From Noviherbaspirillum sp. (GTDB lineage: Bacteria; Pseudomonadota; Gammaproteobacteria; Burkholderiales; Burkholderiaceae_D), in NCBI RefSeq assembly GCF_035254685.1, contig NZ_DATFAI010000043.1, positions 17,604-81,603 on the forward strand: a stretch of 64,000 bases of DNA, written 5' to 3'. Of the stretch, positions 1 to 10,082 are shown one piece after another. The position numbers and the translations under genes are program-made. Numbering within the stretch: position 1 is the stretch's first letter; every line of letters begins with the position of its first letter. The notes under the pieces were generated by a model. It saw only the letters and a list, made by a program, of their open reading frames with translations, searched no databases and was not told where the DNA came from.

Positions 1-75
1 GCTTTTATGTCGCCACGATACTGACGCGCCGCCGGCTGTTGAAATGATTGTCAGCTTTCTGGCTGGACTTCGACT

Positions 76-408
76 ATGCACGAGACGTTACTGGTCATGA
101 CCAACATTCCGGATGAAGCCGTTGCGCATGCGCTCGCGCACCGGCTCGTGGAGCGTCGGCTTGCCGCTTGCGTTAATGTGCTGCCTGCAGTGCGCTCCAT
201 CTATCAGTGGCAGGGTGCGATCGAGGAGGCCGTTGAAGTGACGATGCTGGCTAAGACGACGCCGTCGCGTTATCCAGAATTAGAGGCTGAAATCAGAGCA
301 GGGCACCCATATGAAGTGCCGGAAATCATTGCACTTCCAATCGTTGCCGGATTGCCGGCATATCTCGGGTGGATTGCATCGGAAACCAGGAAGGACACAA
401 ATGTTTAG
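76..408 (+). CDS. cutA: Divalent-cation tolerance protein CutA
   Basis: 110 aa with LAACVN and HPYEVPEIIALP motifs; sits directly upstream of dsbD, the usual arrangement. Confidence 0.95.
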   Translation: MHETLLVMTNIPDEAVAHALAHRLVERRLAACVNVLPAVRSIYQWQGAIEEAVEVTMLAKTTPSRYPELEAEIRAGHPYEVPEIIALPIVAGLPAYLGWIASETRKDTNV

Positions 409-2233
409 CTTATTAAGGCGGTGGGCGGACAGGACGGCTCATATCCGTCTTCTCACGGCAATTTTTGCCGCCATCGCCTGTTTTGTGGCGCCGCTTTCGC
501 AGGCTGGCGACAATTTTCTCGAGCCTGAGAAAGCATTCCGGTTTTCGGCACGCATGCTGGATGCAAAGACGGCGGAAGTCACCTACGACATCGCGGAAGG
601 GTACTACATGTACCACGATCGCTTTGCCTTCAAGGCCGACGGCGCGAAGCTGGGGCAGCCGTCAATCCCCAAAGGCAAGGTGAAGTTCGACGAGACTTTC
701 CAGAAGGACGTTGAGACCCATCGCAAGTCGGTCGCCATTACTATTCCAGTCGAGGCGTCCGGCAATTTCACACTCAAGTCTACGGGGCAGGGGTGCGCCG
801 ATCAGGGGTTATGCTATCCGCCGATGGAATCGGTGGCAATGCTGTCGCCTGCAGAAGCGGGAAGCGCTGCACCGACGGGGCTTGTCGGAGGGGGGGCAGC
901 TGCAGGCATCAGCAGCGTAGCAGCTTCCTCGTCTGATCCTGAAATGGGCCGTATCGAGGCCTCGCTTCGCAGCGGAAAGCTAGTTGCAATCCTGCCGCTG
1001 TTCCTACTGCTCGGCCTTGGCTTGGCGTTCACCCCATGCGTCCTACCGATGGTTCCGATCCTGTCTTCGATCATTGTCGGGGAGGGAACGCATGTCAGCC
1101 GCAGCAGGGGTTTCACCTTGTCTGCGTCGTATTCGCTGGGGATGGCGCTCGTCTACACCTTGCTTGGTGTCGCCGCTGGCCTGATCGGCGAGGGCCTCGC
1201 GGCAGCCTTGCAGAACCCTTGGGTGCTGTCGACATTTGCGCTCCTGATGGTGCTGCTGTCGCTGTCGATGTTTGGCGTATATCAGATCCAGATGCCGGCG
1301 GCGATCCAGACCAGGCTGACGATGGTTTCGGAACGCCAGGCCACCGGGAAGCTGTTTGGCGTGTTCGCGATGGGAGCGATATCTGCACTGATCGTCGGAC
1401 CGTGCGTCGCGGCCCCGCTTGCCGGCGCACTGCTCTACATCAGCCAGACGCGCGATATCGTTATTGGCGGCAGTGCACTGTTCGCAATGGCAATCGGCAT
1501 GAGCTTGCCGCTGCTGATGGTCGGCGTGTCCGCGGGCGCCTTGCTGCCGCGCGCAGGTGCATGGATGGAATCTGTCAAGTTCTTCTTCGGCGTCGTGATG
1601 CTCGGCATGGCGTTGTGGATCGTTACGCCGGTGATTCCGGGTTGGGTGCCGATGCTGGGGTGGGCCGCTCTTGGCATTGGTTATGGGATCTATCTGATGA
1701 GGGGCAAGCGCTGGGGCTGGATTTCCAAGGCAATCGGCCTCTCCGTGGTGAGCCTGGGGCTCGTGCAGCTGGTCGGCGCAGCAACCGGCGGCACGGATGC
1801 GCTGTCGCCTTTGTCGCACTTGGTTGGTGGCGTGCACAAGACGAATTTCAAGCGTGTCAAGACAACGGCTGAACTGGATGACATGCTGGCCAAGTCGAGC
1901 GGCAAAGCCGTGATGCTCGATTTTTACGCCGATTGGTGCGTGTCCTGCAAGGAAATGGAAAAACTTACCTTCAGCGATCGGCGTGTGCAGGCGCAGTTTG
2001 CCAATATGGTACTGCTGCAGGCGGACGTGACTGCCAATAACGACGATGACAAGGCATTGCTGAAGCGTTTCCAGCTTTTCGGACCGCCGGGAATTATCTT
2101 CTTCGATGCGCAGGGCCGCGAGGTGCAGGGATCGCGCGTGATCGGCTACCAGGACGCGGACAGGTTCCTGCAGTCACTGGCGCGGGCAACGGCGCAAGCA
2201 TCATCGACCATAGCCACGCTGCCGGAAAAATAA
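401..2233 (+). CDS. dsbD: Thiol:disulfide interchange protein DsbD
   Basis: N-domain CADQGLCYPP, membrane FTPCVLPM and GPCVAAP, thioredoxin WCVSC; start moved to ATG 401 after the AAGGA RBS. Confidence 0.95.
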   Translation: MFSLLRRWADRTAHIRLLTAIFAAIACFVAPLSQAGDNFLEPEKAFRFSARMLDAKTAEVTYDIAEGYYMYHDRFAFKADGAKLGQPSIPKGKVKFDETFQKDVETHRKSVAITIPVEASGNFTLKSTGQGCADQGLCYPPMESVAMLSPAEAGSAAPTGLVGGGAAAGISSVAASSSDPEMGRIEASLRSGKLVAILPLFLLLGLGLAFTPCVLPMVPILSSIIVGEGTHVSRSRGFTLSASYSLGMALVYTLLGVAAGLIGEGLAAALQNPWVLSTFALLMVLLSLSMFGVYQIQMPAAIQTRLTMVSERQATGKLFGVFAMGAISALIVGPCVAAPLAGALLYISQTRDIVIGGSALFAMAIGMSLPLLMVGVSAGALLPRAGAWMESVKFFFGVVMLGMALWIVTPVIPGWVPMLGWAALGIGYGIYLMRGKRWGWISKAIGLSVVSLGLVQLVGAATGGTDALSPLSHLVGGVHKTNFKRVKTTAELDDMLAKSSGKAVMLDFYADWCVSCKEMEKLTFSDRRVQAQFANMVLLQADVTANNDDDKALLKRFQLFGPPGIIFFDAQGREVQGSRVIGYQDADRFLQSLARATAQASSTIATLPEK

Positions 2234-2254
2234 CGCCAAGACGGTCAAACCACG

Positions 2255-2284
2255 AAGCGCTCACCATCATGAGCGCTTTTTTTA
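2255..2284. terminator. Intrinsic terminator between convergent dsbD and corA-like genes
   Basis: AAGCGCTCA-ccatca-TGAGCGCTT followed by a T run. Confidence 0.75.
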
Positions 2285-3385
2285 TCGCTCGCCATCGCGT
2301 CCCTGGTCGTCAAGATAACGCTTGCGGCGAAAGAAAAACAGCAGGACAACGACCATGACTGCCATCATGCCCATCGTGATCCAGAAGCCGGCTTTGTCCT
2401 TGATGAGGGGCATGTCGATGAAGTTCATCCCGAAGATGCCTGTGATGAGGGTGAGCGGCATGAAGAGGGCAGTGATCACCGTCAGGGTGCGCATGATTTC
2501 GCTCGTGCGGTGGGCCATTGCGGAGAAGTGGATCTGTACGGCGGATTCGATGGTTGCCTCCAGCCGCTGCGCATGGTTGAGCACGCGCGTAATGTGCTCC
2601 ATGATGTCGTTTACGCGCACCAGCATCAGGTCCTTCGCGCGACTGTTGGGGGAGTCATCGATGCTATCGACGAAATGGTCGCGCAACTCCTGCATCGCGT
2701 CGCGCTGTCCTTCGCACAAGTGGTCGAGTTTGCGCAGTTCGATGCGCGCATCCAGCAATGCGGACCAGTCATTGAACGGATTGCGCGGATTGAGCAGTGC
2801 GCGCTGCCACCGGTCGATCTGGCCGGTCAGGGGCTGGCGCAAGGCGAGGTATTGATCGACCATGGCATTCAGCAGGCGCAGCATGAGTTCATAGGGAGAT
2901 CCCGGCGGGCGGCTCGCATGGGCACCGTCACGCTTGTTCCTGTGCTCGAGAAGACGGTTGCGTGCAGCTTCGATGGTGCGGCTGTTCGTCGCATGTACCG
3001 TCACGAGCGCATTCTCCATCAACAGGAAGCTCACCGGCCTGGTGGCAAGCCTGGTCAATGCCGGCGGTATCTTGCGTTTCCGCACCATGTCCTCCGCCGT
3101 TTCCGGTTCGCCGTTGCCGTCGAGCGCAAGCTTCCTGAATACGACCATCGCATAGTCCTGCGTGGAATCAAAATACGACGGGTGGCTCAGGTTAGTGACA
3201 TCCGTCAGATGCGGGTCGTAGATATGCACACCGGTCGTGCGTTCCACGGCCTCGCGCCACGCGCCGGTATCTGCGGCGACTTCATCATGCGTTGCATCCA
3301 GCCACAGGAATCCTTGCGTCGGCGCCTGCGCGATTGGTGAAGGCACGGGTGCAACCTGGCCATTATTGACGTGATAGATATCCAT
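2282..3385 (-). CDS. CorA-family Mg2+/Co2+ transporter
   Basis: C-terminal TLITGIFGMNF (GMN signature) and two TM helices; start taken at MDIYHV. Confidence 0.9.
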   Translation of the reverse strand: MDIYHVNNGQVAPVPSPIAQAPTQGFLWLDATHDEVAADTGAWREAVERTTGVHIYDPHLTDVTNLSHPSYFDSTQDYAMVVFRKLALDGNGEPETAEDMVRKRKIPPALTRLATRPVSFLLMENALVTVHATNSRTIEAARNRLLEHRNKRDGAHASRPPGSPYELMLRLLNAMVDQYLALRQPLTGQIDRWQRALLNPRNPFNDWSALLDARIELRKLDHLCEGQRDAMQELRDHFVDSIDDSPNSRAKDLMLVRVNDIMEHITRVLNHAQRLEATIESAVQIHFSAMAHRTSEIMRTLTVITALFMPLTLITGIFGMNFIDMPLIKDKAGFWITMGMMAVMVVVLLFFFRRKRYLDDQGRDGER

Positions 3386-3553
3386 GGACTTCCGCGGGCG
3401 AAATGAAACGGTGCGCAGATCCGGTAACGGAACGACGCCGGCATTTGATCCGGCAATGGTAGCCGATATGCGGGGAGATGAGATGCCCGGGACGCCGCGA
3501 AGCACGCGGGGAGAGGCGGCGCCCGCGGCGATGCAGGCGCCAGGACGATACGC

Positions 3554-4780
<1,227 letters not shown>

Positions 4781-4795
4781 GCCTGGAGAATTGCT

Positions 4796-5497
4796 TCAGT
4801 GCGGATCAATATCATCATTACCTTCCGGCGGCACCTCTGACAAGCCAAGCAAATCAAGGATTCGTTGATTTGCCTCATCAACGCCGATGCGCTTGAGCGC
4901 CGAGAATAGCTGCACCGTAAACGGAAACGGTTTTCCCTGCTCATCCACATAGCTGCCCAGTACCGTGCGCGCCAGGCGCAGCGCATTCGTGGATTCGCTT
5001 CGGTTCAGCTTGTCGGCCTTGGTCAGCAGGCAGTGCACAGGCTTGCCGGTGGGGGCGAACCATTCCAGCATCTGCACGTCGAGGTCGGTGAAAGGCCGGC
5101 GCGAATCCATGATCAGGACCAGTGCCGCGAGCTGCTTGCGATTTTGGATGTAGGTGCCGAGCAGTTCGTTCCAGTGCAGTTTCGCCTCACCTGGCACTTC
5201 GGCATAGCCGTAACCCGGCAGGTCGACCAGCATCGCACGGATTTCGTCGACCCTCGTCGGATCGTTCCGGTGCTGGCCGACGTGTGCGCCGCCGATGGAA
5301 AAGTAATTGATGTGCTGTGTCCGGCCGGGGATCTTCGAGGCGAAGGCCAGCTTTTTCTGGTTGCACAGGATATTGATTGCGCTCGATTTGCCGGCGTTCG
5401 ACCGGCCAGCGAAGGCGATTTCGGGGACTTGCGTTTTTGGCAAGTCGCGAAGATGGTTCACCGTGGTGAAGAAGCGGGCTTGCCAGAGTAGGGACAT
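4796..5497 (-). CDS. engB: Ribosome biogenesis GTP-binding protein YsxC/EngB
   Basis: [10 protein letters not shown]-loop, DLPGYG and TKADK; start at [10 protein letters not shown]. Confidence 0.95.
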   Translation of the reverse strand: MSLLWQARFFTTVNHLRDLPKTQVPEIAFAGRSNAGKSSAINILCNQKKLAFASKIPGRTQHINYFSIGGAHVGQHRNDPTRVDEIRAMLVDLPGYGYAEVPGEAKLHWNELLGTYIQNRKQLAALVLIMDSRRPFTDLDVQMLEWFAPTGKPVHCLLTKADKLNRSESTNALRLARTVLGSYVDEQGKPFPFTVQLFSALKRIGVDEANQRILDLLGLSEVPPEGNDDIDPH

Positions 5498-5644
5498 AGA
5501 GAGAGAAAATGCAGCAAAAACCAGCGAAAATGCTGAAAAGCTATTGTACAATAAGAGGTTATGTATTGCTGCGCCGCAAAAGCTGCGCAGCGCAACAAGA
5601 TCGCCGCCAGGCCAGAATTTTAATATCAAGTCCAGGGTGTTTGA

Positions 5645-6283
5645 ATGAACCGTGCTTTTCTTCCGTATGTAAAGTCCTTGTTCGTCGCAATGGTGGCAGT
5701 TTCCTCGGTTGCTTATGCAGCTGAAGAGAGCAAAGCGCCAAAAGCTGATCCTGCAAAGGGTGAGGCGGTGTTCACCAGCATGGCCTGCATCGGCTGCCAT
5801 GGCCCCAATGGCAATTCCACCATCGTGCAGAATCCGAAACTCGCTGGTCAGGTCGAACAGTATATCGTCAAGCAGCTCGCCGACTTCAAGACGCCGCAGC
5901 GTACCAATCCGGTGATGAGCGCCATTGCCAAGACCGTTTCGGATGTGGATGCGAAGAACGTTGCTGCCTATTTGAGTGCCCAGAAGCCGGCCCCGGGCGC
6001 GGCGAAGAACAAGGATACCGTCGAACTGGGCAAGAAGATCTATCGTGGGGGTATTCCGGAGAAGAACGTTCCGGCCTGCGCAGGGTGCCATGGCGCTACA
6101 GGCAACGGTATTCCGGCGCAATTCCCCCGTCTCGCTGGCCAGCACCAGGAGTACACCATCGCCCAGCTGACCAATTTCCGCGCTGGCACGCGTAACAACA
6201 GCGTCCAGATGACGACGATTGCCAAGCGCATGCTGGACGATGAAATCCAGGCTGTGGCGGATTACGTTGCCGGACTGAAGTAA
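5645..6283 (+). CDS. Diheme cytochrome c4
   Basis: Sec signal peptide and two CxxCH motifs (CIGCH, CAGCH); divergent from engB, the usual arrangement. Confidence 0.93.
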   Translation: MNRAFLPYVKSLFVAMVAVSSVAYAAEESKAPKADPAKGEAVFTSMACIGCHGPNGNSTIVQNPKLAGQVEQYIVKQLADFKTPQRTNPVMSAIAKTVSDVDAKNVAAYLSAQKPAPGAAKNKDTVELGKKIYRGGIPEKNVPACAGCHGATGNGIPAQFPRLAGQHQEYTIAQLTNFRAGTRNNSVQMTTIAKRMLDDEIQAVADYVAGLK

Positions 6284-6320
6284 TCGGCAGACTAGATTCC
6301 GGTAGATACCCAAACAGAAG

Positions 6321-6353
6321 AAGGGGGTGGCAGATGCCACCCCCTTTGTTTTT
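6321..6353 (+). terminator. Terminator hairpin after cytochrome c4
   Basis: AAGGGGGTGGCA-ga-TGCCACCCCCTT followed by a T-rich tail. Confidence 0.7.
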
Positions 6354-6366
6354 GTAGAACACGCTC

Positions 6367-6615
6367 ATGAGCGCTGGCGCTACCTCCTGGCGGCGATTGA
6401 ACACCGGGCGATGCCGGCTGGGAGAATTCGTTGGGCCGGTTTCATCGATGCGCTTCGCGACCAGCCTCCTGACACTGATCGGCATCGCCTCCGTGATCTG
6501 CGTGGCACCGAAGCAGAACGAGCCCATGGCGAATCAGGCGAGTGCGGTGACGATACTTGCCTTCCTCGGCGTTAATATGTTCCCTTCCGGATTGCATTCA
6601 TACGGCGCGCTTTAG
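6367..6615 (+). pseudogene. Deletion scar fusing the resB (ccs1) 5' end to the ccsA/resC 3' end
   Basis: The first ~57 aa match the ResB start (SSMRFATSLLTLIGIASVI...KQNEPM); the last ~23 aa match the CcsA/ResC end (AFLGVNMFPSGLHSYG); lies at the usual resB-resC position after cytochrome c4. Confidence 0.85.
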
Positions 6616-6642
6616 AAAAATCAAGAAATTGCACCGGCGGAG

Positions 6643-6669
6643 GGAATAAAAGATCCGTCGCGGCTGTTT
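6643..6669 (+). promoter_or_regulatory. Putative ECF sigma promoter GGAAT-N18-GTT
   Basis: GGAATAAA at 6643-6650 and GTTT at 6666-6669, about 55 bp upstream of the first gene of an ECF operon. Confidence 0.6.
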
Positions 6670-6722
6670 ACCTCATGTGCGCACCACGGGCACGCCTGAT
6701 TAACCAGCTTAGCGAGGACATT

Positions 6723-7100
6723 ATGCAAATCCGTATCCCTTTGACATCGTCGTTGCTCGCCGTCCTTCTGGCCGGCAGCGCTTCCCTGGCCTTCGCAGAG
6801 GCACCGGTCAAGACCAGCGATGGTGTCCTGACCGATTCGGCCGGCATGACTCTGTACACGTTTGACAAGGATTCGGGTGGCAAGAGCGCCTGCACCGGAC
6901 AGTGCGCTGCAAACTGGCCGCCGCTGATGGCCAAGGCCGACGACAAGGCCAGCGGCGACTACAGCATCATTTCCCGCGATGACGGCAGCAAGCAGTGGGC
7001 CTACAAGGGCAAGCCGCTCTATACTTGGAAGAAAGACCAGAAAGCGGGCGACAAGACCGGCGACGGTTTCAATAACGTCTGGCACGCTGCCAAGCCCTGA
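6723..7100 (+). CDS. Secreted COG4315 / Lipoprotein_15-type repeat protein
   Basis: Signal peptide ending AFA; two repeats GMTLYTFDKD and GKPLYTWKKD; C..QC...WPP and QWAYKG motifs. Confidence 0.85.
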   Translation: MQIRIPLTSSLLAVLLAGSASLAFAEAPVKTSDGVLTDSAGMTLYTFDKDSGGKSACTGQCAANWPPLMAKADDKASGDYSIISRDDGSKQWAYKGKPLYTWKKDQKAGDKTGDGFNNVWHAAKP

Positions 7101-7115
7101 CCTGCCGATCTGTCC

Positions 7116-7619
7116 ATGGCCGATTTCGCCGACGAGCTCGCATCGCAGATCCCGCGCCTGCGGCGCTATGCGCGCGCGTTGACGCATGATGCGTCATGGG
7201 CAGATGACCTGGTGCAGGATACGCTGGAGCGCGCCTTGCAGCGACGCTGGCTGTTCCGGATCAACAGCAACCTCACCGCATGGTTGTTGACGATGTTGCA
7301 CCGCCTGTATTTGAACGAGGCGCCGCGCCGTCAACTTGTCGCCGTGCCGATCGAGGAATTGCCCGAGGCGGTTGCGCCAGGCGAACCCGGCCAGCAGCTC
7401 GACGTGCGGCGCGCGCTGGCCAGCCTGAGTCCGGAGCATCGCGCCGTCATCGTGCTGGTCGGCCTCGAGCAACTGCGATACCAGGAGGTGGCTGAAGTGC
7501 TGAACGTCCCGCTGGGCACCGTCATGTCCCGGCTTGCGCGTGCGCGAGCTCACCTGCGCGAACTGCTTTCCGGCCAGCCCGCGTCCGGCTCGTCGACGCA
7601 TTTAACACGGGTCAAGTGA
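7116..7619 (+). CDS. ECF RNA polymerase sigma factor (PrtI/ECF26-like)
   Basis: LRRYARALT, ADDLVQDTL, AWLLTML and GTVMSRLARAR (sigma regions 2 and 4). Confidence 0.92.
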   Translation: MADFADELASQIPRLRRYARALTHDASWADDLVQDTLERALQRRWLFRINSNLTAWLLTMLHRLYLNEAPRRQLVAVPIEELPEAVAPGEPGQQLDVRRALASLSPEHRAVIVLVGLEQLRYQEVAEVLNVPLGTVMSRLARARAHLRELLSGQPASGSSTHLTRVK

Positions 7620-7620
7620 T

Positions 7621-8379
7621 ATGTCCGCCTCACCGATCACTGAAATCGATTTGCATGCCTATGTCGATGGTCAGCTCGATGCGGCGCGTCGCGCCGAGGT
7701 CGAGGCTTACCTGGCAGCGCACCCGGAGGCGGTCGCCGAAGTCCATGCCTGGCGGACGCAGAATCAGTTGTTGCACGACGTGTTCGATCCCGTACTCAAC
7801 GAGCCGGTGCCGCTGCGCTTCTCCGCCGCCTTGCAGCGGAAGCGGTGGCCGCAAGGCCTGGTCGCGGGATTCGCGTGGCTGAGTTGCGGACTCGTCGCCG
7901 GCTGGCTGGCGCATGGCATGATGCAGCCAATCGAACAGCCGCGTGCCTTTGCTCGAGAGGCGCTGGCCGCGCATGTACTGTACTCGGCCGAGCAGCGCCA
8001 TCCGGTCGAGGTTCCGGCGCAGCAGGAAGCGCACCTGGTGGCATGGCTGTCCAAACGCTTGAGCGCGCCGATCCACGCGCCCAACCTGCGGGAGCAGGGC
8101 TTCTCCCTGCTAGGTGGCCGTCTGTTGCCCGGAAAAGACGGCCCGCTGGCACAGTTGATGTATGAATCGGATACGGGCGAGCGCCTGACATTGACCGTGC
8201 GCCACGCTGTGCAACCGCAGCCCGAGACCGGTTTCAAAGTAATGGAGCAGGGCGGCACCAGGGCGTTCTACTGGATCGACAGCGACTATGGTTACGCCTT
8301 GTCCGGCGGCATCGACAAGCGCAGGTTGCTGGATATCGCCCGTGTGGTCTACCTCCAGCTTCATCCGGTTCAAAATTGA
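7621..8379 (+). CDS. Transmembrane anti-sigma factor (PrtR-like)
   Basis: N-terminal DLHAYVDGQL anti-sigma domain, one TM helix, periplasmic GFSLLGGRLLP and AQLMYE motifs. Confidence 0.9.
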   Translation: MSASPITEIDLHAYVDGQLDAARRAEVEAYLAAHPEAVAEVHAWRTQNQLLHDVFDPVLNEPVPLRFSAALQRKRWPQGLVAGFAWLSCGLVAGWLAHGMMQPIEQPRAFAREALAAHVLYSAEQRHPVEVPAQQEAHLVAWLSKRLSAPIHAPNLREQGFSLLGGRLLPGKDGPLAQLMYESDTGERLTLTVRHAVQPQPETGFKVMEQGGTRAFYWIDSDYGYALSGGIDKRRLLDIARVVYLQLHPVQN

Positions 8380-8441
8380 TGTAAGGTTGGCAGGTGCTGC
8401 AAAGACCAAGTCCCAGTCCTCGACGAAATCATGGAGCAGCC

Positions 8442-9422
8442 ATGTTGTTCAAGCGCAATCCCAACGGAATCGACATTCCATTCAGTTCTGAAATTACTCC
8501 ACGCCACATTTTTGAATCTCGCCGCAGCTTCATCCGGCAGCTTGCGGTCGGCTCGATTGCCGGCGGCGCGCTCATGGACATGCTTACCCGCGAGGCCTTC
8601 GCACAGTCAGAAGGTGCGCAGAAACTCGCGGCGAAGAGGGACACTGCGTTTGTCGTGATGGACAAACCGACCTCGTACAAGGACGCCACCACCTACAACA
8701 ACTTCTATGAATTCGGCACCGACAAGACCGATCCTTCGCGCTACGCCGGCGCCATGAAAACGCGGCCGTGGACGGTTGCGATCGAAGGCGAGGTCAAGAA
8801 GCCGATGACGATTGACATCGACAGCCTGATGAAGCTGGCGCCGCTGGAAGAACGTGTATATCGCCTGCGCTGCGTGGAAGGCTGGTCGATGGTGATTCCA
8901 TGGACGGGCTACTCGTTCTCCGAACTGATCAGAAAAGTTGAGCCGACCGGCAATGCGAAGTTTGTCGAATTCATTTCGCTCGCCGACAAGAAGCAGATGC
9001 CGGGCGTGCGCAGCCCGGTGCTGGAATGGCCGTATGTTGAAGGCTTGCGGCTGGATGAGGCGAAGCATCCGCTGGCGCTGCTGACGTTCGGCATGTATGG
9101 CGAAGTGCTGCCAAACCAGAACGGCGCGCCGCTGCGCATGGTCGTGCCATGGAAGTACGGGTTCAAGTCGGTGAAGTCGATCGTCAAGATCCGCTTTGTC
9201 AAGGACCAGCCGCGGACCGCGTGGAACATTGCGGCGCCGCAGGAATACGGGTTCTATTCGAACGTTAATCCCGAGGTCGATCATCCACGCTGGTCGCAGG
9301 CGACCGAGCGACGCATCGGGGAAGACGGATTCTTCGCTCGCAAGCGCAAGACGCTGATGTTCAACGGCTACAGCGACGTGGCATCGCTGTATTCCGGCAT
9401 GGACCTGAAGAAGTTTTTCTGA
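8442..9422 (+). CDS. msrP: Methionine sulfoxide reductase catalytic subunit MsrP (YedY)
   Basis: Tat motif [21 protein letters not shown] Mo-ligand Cys and PWKYGFKS. Confidence 0.96.
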   Translation: MLFKRNPNGIDIPFSSEITPRHIFESRRSFIRQLAVGSIAGGALMDMLTREAFAQSEGAQKLAAKRDTAFVVMDKPTSYKDATTYNNFYEFGTDKTDPSRYAGAMKTRPWTVAIEGEVKKPMTIDIDSLMKLAPLEERVYRLRCVEGWSMVIPWTGYSFSELIRKVEPTGNAKFVEFISLADKKQMPGVRSPVLEWPYVEGLRLDEAKHPLALLTFGMYGEVLPNQNGAPLRMVVPWKYGFKSVKSIVKIRFVKDQPRTAWNIAAPQEYGFYSNVNPEVDHPRWSQATERRIGEDGFFARKRKTLMFNGYSDVASLYSGMDLKKFF

Positions 9423-9439
9423 GGACGCAGGGGAATTCC

Positions 9440-10069
9440 GTGTTCAATCCGACTCCACGCCAGATCGCGTCGATCAAGACCGTAATCTTCGTTGCTGCGC
9501 TGCTGCCGTTCACGCGCCTCGTGCTGTTCGCATTCACCGATCGTCTCGGCGCCAATCCGATCGAATTCATCACGCGCAATACCGGTGACTGGACGTTGTA
9601 CTTTCTGTGTTTTACGCTCGCGGTCACGCCCTTGCGACGCCTGAGCAAATGGCACTGGCTGATCAAGCTGCGGCGCATGCTGGGCCTGTTTGCATTCTTT
9701 TACGCGACGCTGCACTTCACCACTTTTTTCTGGTTCGACCACTTCTTCGATGTCGACGAAATGCTGCGCGACGTGGCGAAGCGGCCCTTCATCACGGTAG
9801 GCTTCACGGCGTTCCTGCTGCTGCTTCCGCTCGCCATTACCAGCACGAACGGCATGATTCGCCGTCTTGGCGGCAAGCGCTGGCAGTCGTTGCATCGCCT
9901 CGTGTATCTGATCGCCAGCCTTGGCATCCTGCACTTCTGGTGGATGAAGGCGGGTAAGCATGATTTCGCGCAGCCCATCCTGTATGGCAGCATCGTCGGC
10001 CTGCTGCTTCTGACGCGCGGAATCAATTCCAGAATGCAAAAGCGCCGGACGGAGCCGGCGCCTGGTTGA
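9440..10069 (+). CDS. msrQ: Heme-binding membrane subunit MsrQ (YedZ)
   Basis: LRRMLGLFAFFYATLH, KRPFITVG and WQSLHRLVY; follows msrP; GTG start. Confidence 0.95.
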   Translation: MFNPTPRQIASIKTVIFVAALLPFTRLVLFAFTDRLGANPIEFITRNTGDWTLYFLCFTLAVTPLRRLSKWHWLIKLRRMLGLFAFFYATLHFTTFFWFDHFFDVDEMLRDVAKRPFITVGFTAFLLLLPLAITSTNGMIRRLGGKRWQSLHRLVYLIASLGILHFWWMKAGKHDFAQPILYGSIVGLLLLTRGINSRMQKRRTEPAPG

Positions 10070-10082
10070 GGAGGTTAGTGGG

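Noticed and set aside
3386-3553. 168-bp GC-rich leader of the corA-like gene as a possible Mg2+ riboswitch or leader peptide
   Set aside because: No M-box consensus, no clear Pro-rich leader ORF and no terminator/antiterminator pair seen
4796-6340. 514-aa minus-strand ORF spanning engB and antisense to cytochrome c4
   Set aside because: Only the last 233 codons are EngB; the upstream part is a stop-free antisense frame of the c4 gene
6327-6575. Alternative 82-aa ORF overlapping the scar
   Set aside because: Starts inside the terminator hairpin and has no recognisable motifs; the 6367 frame carries the ResB and ResC signatures
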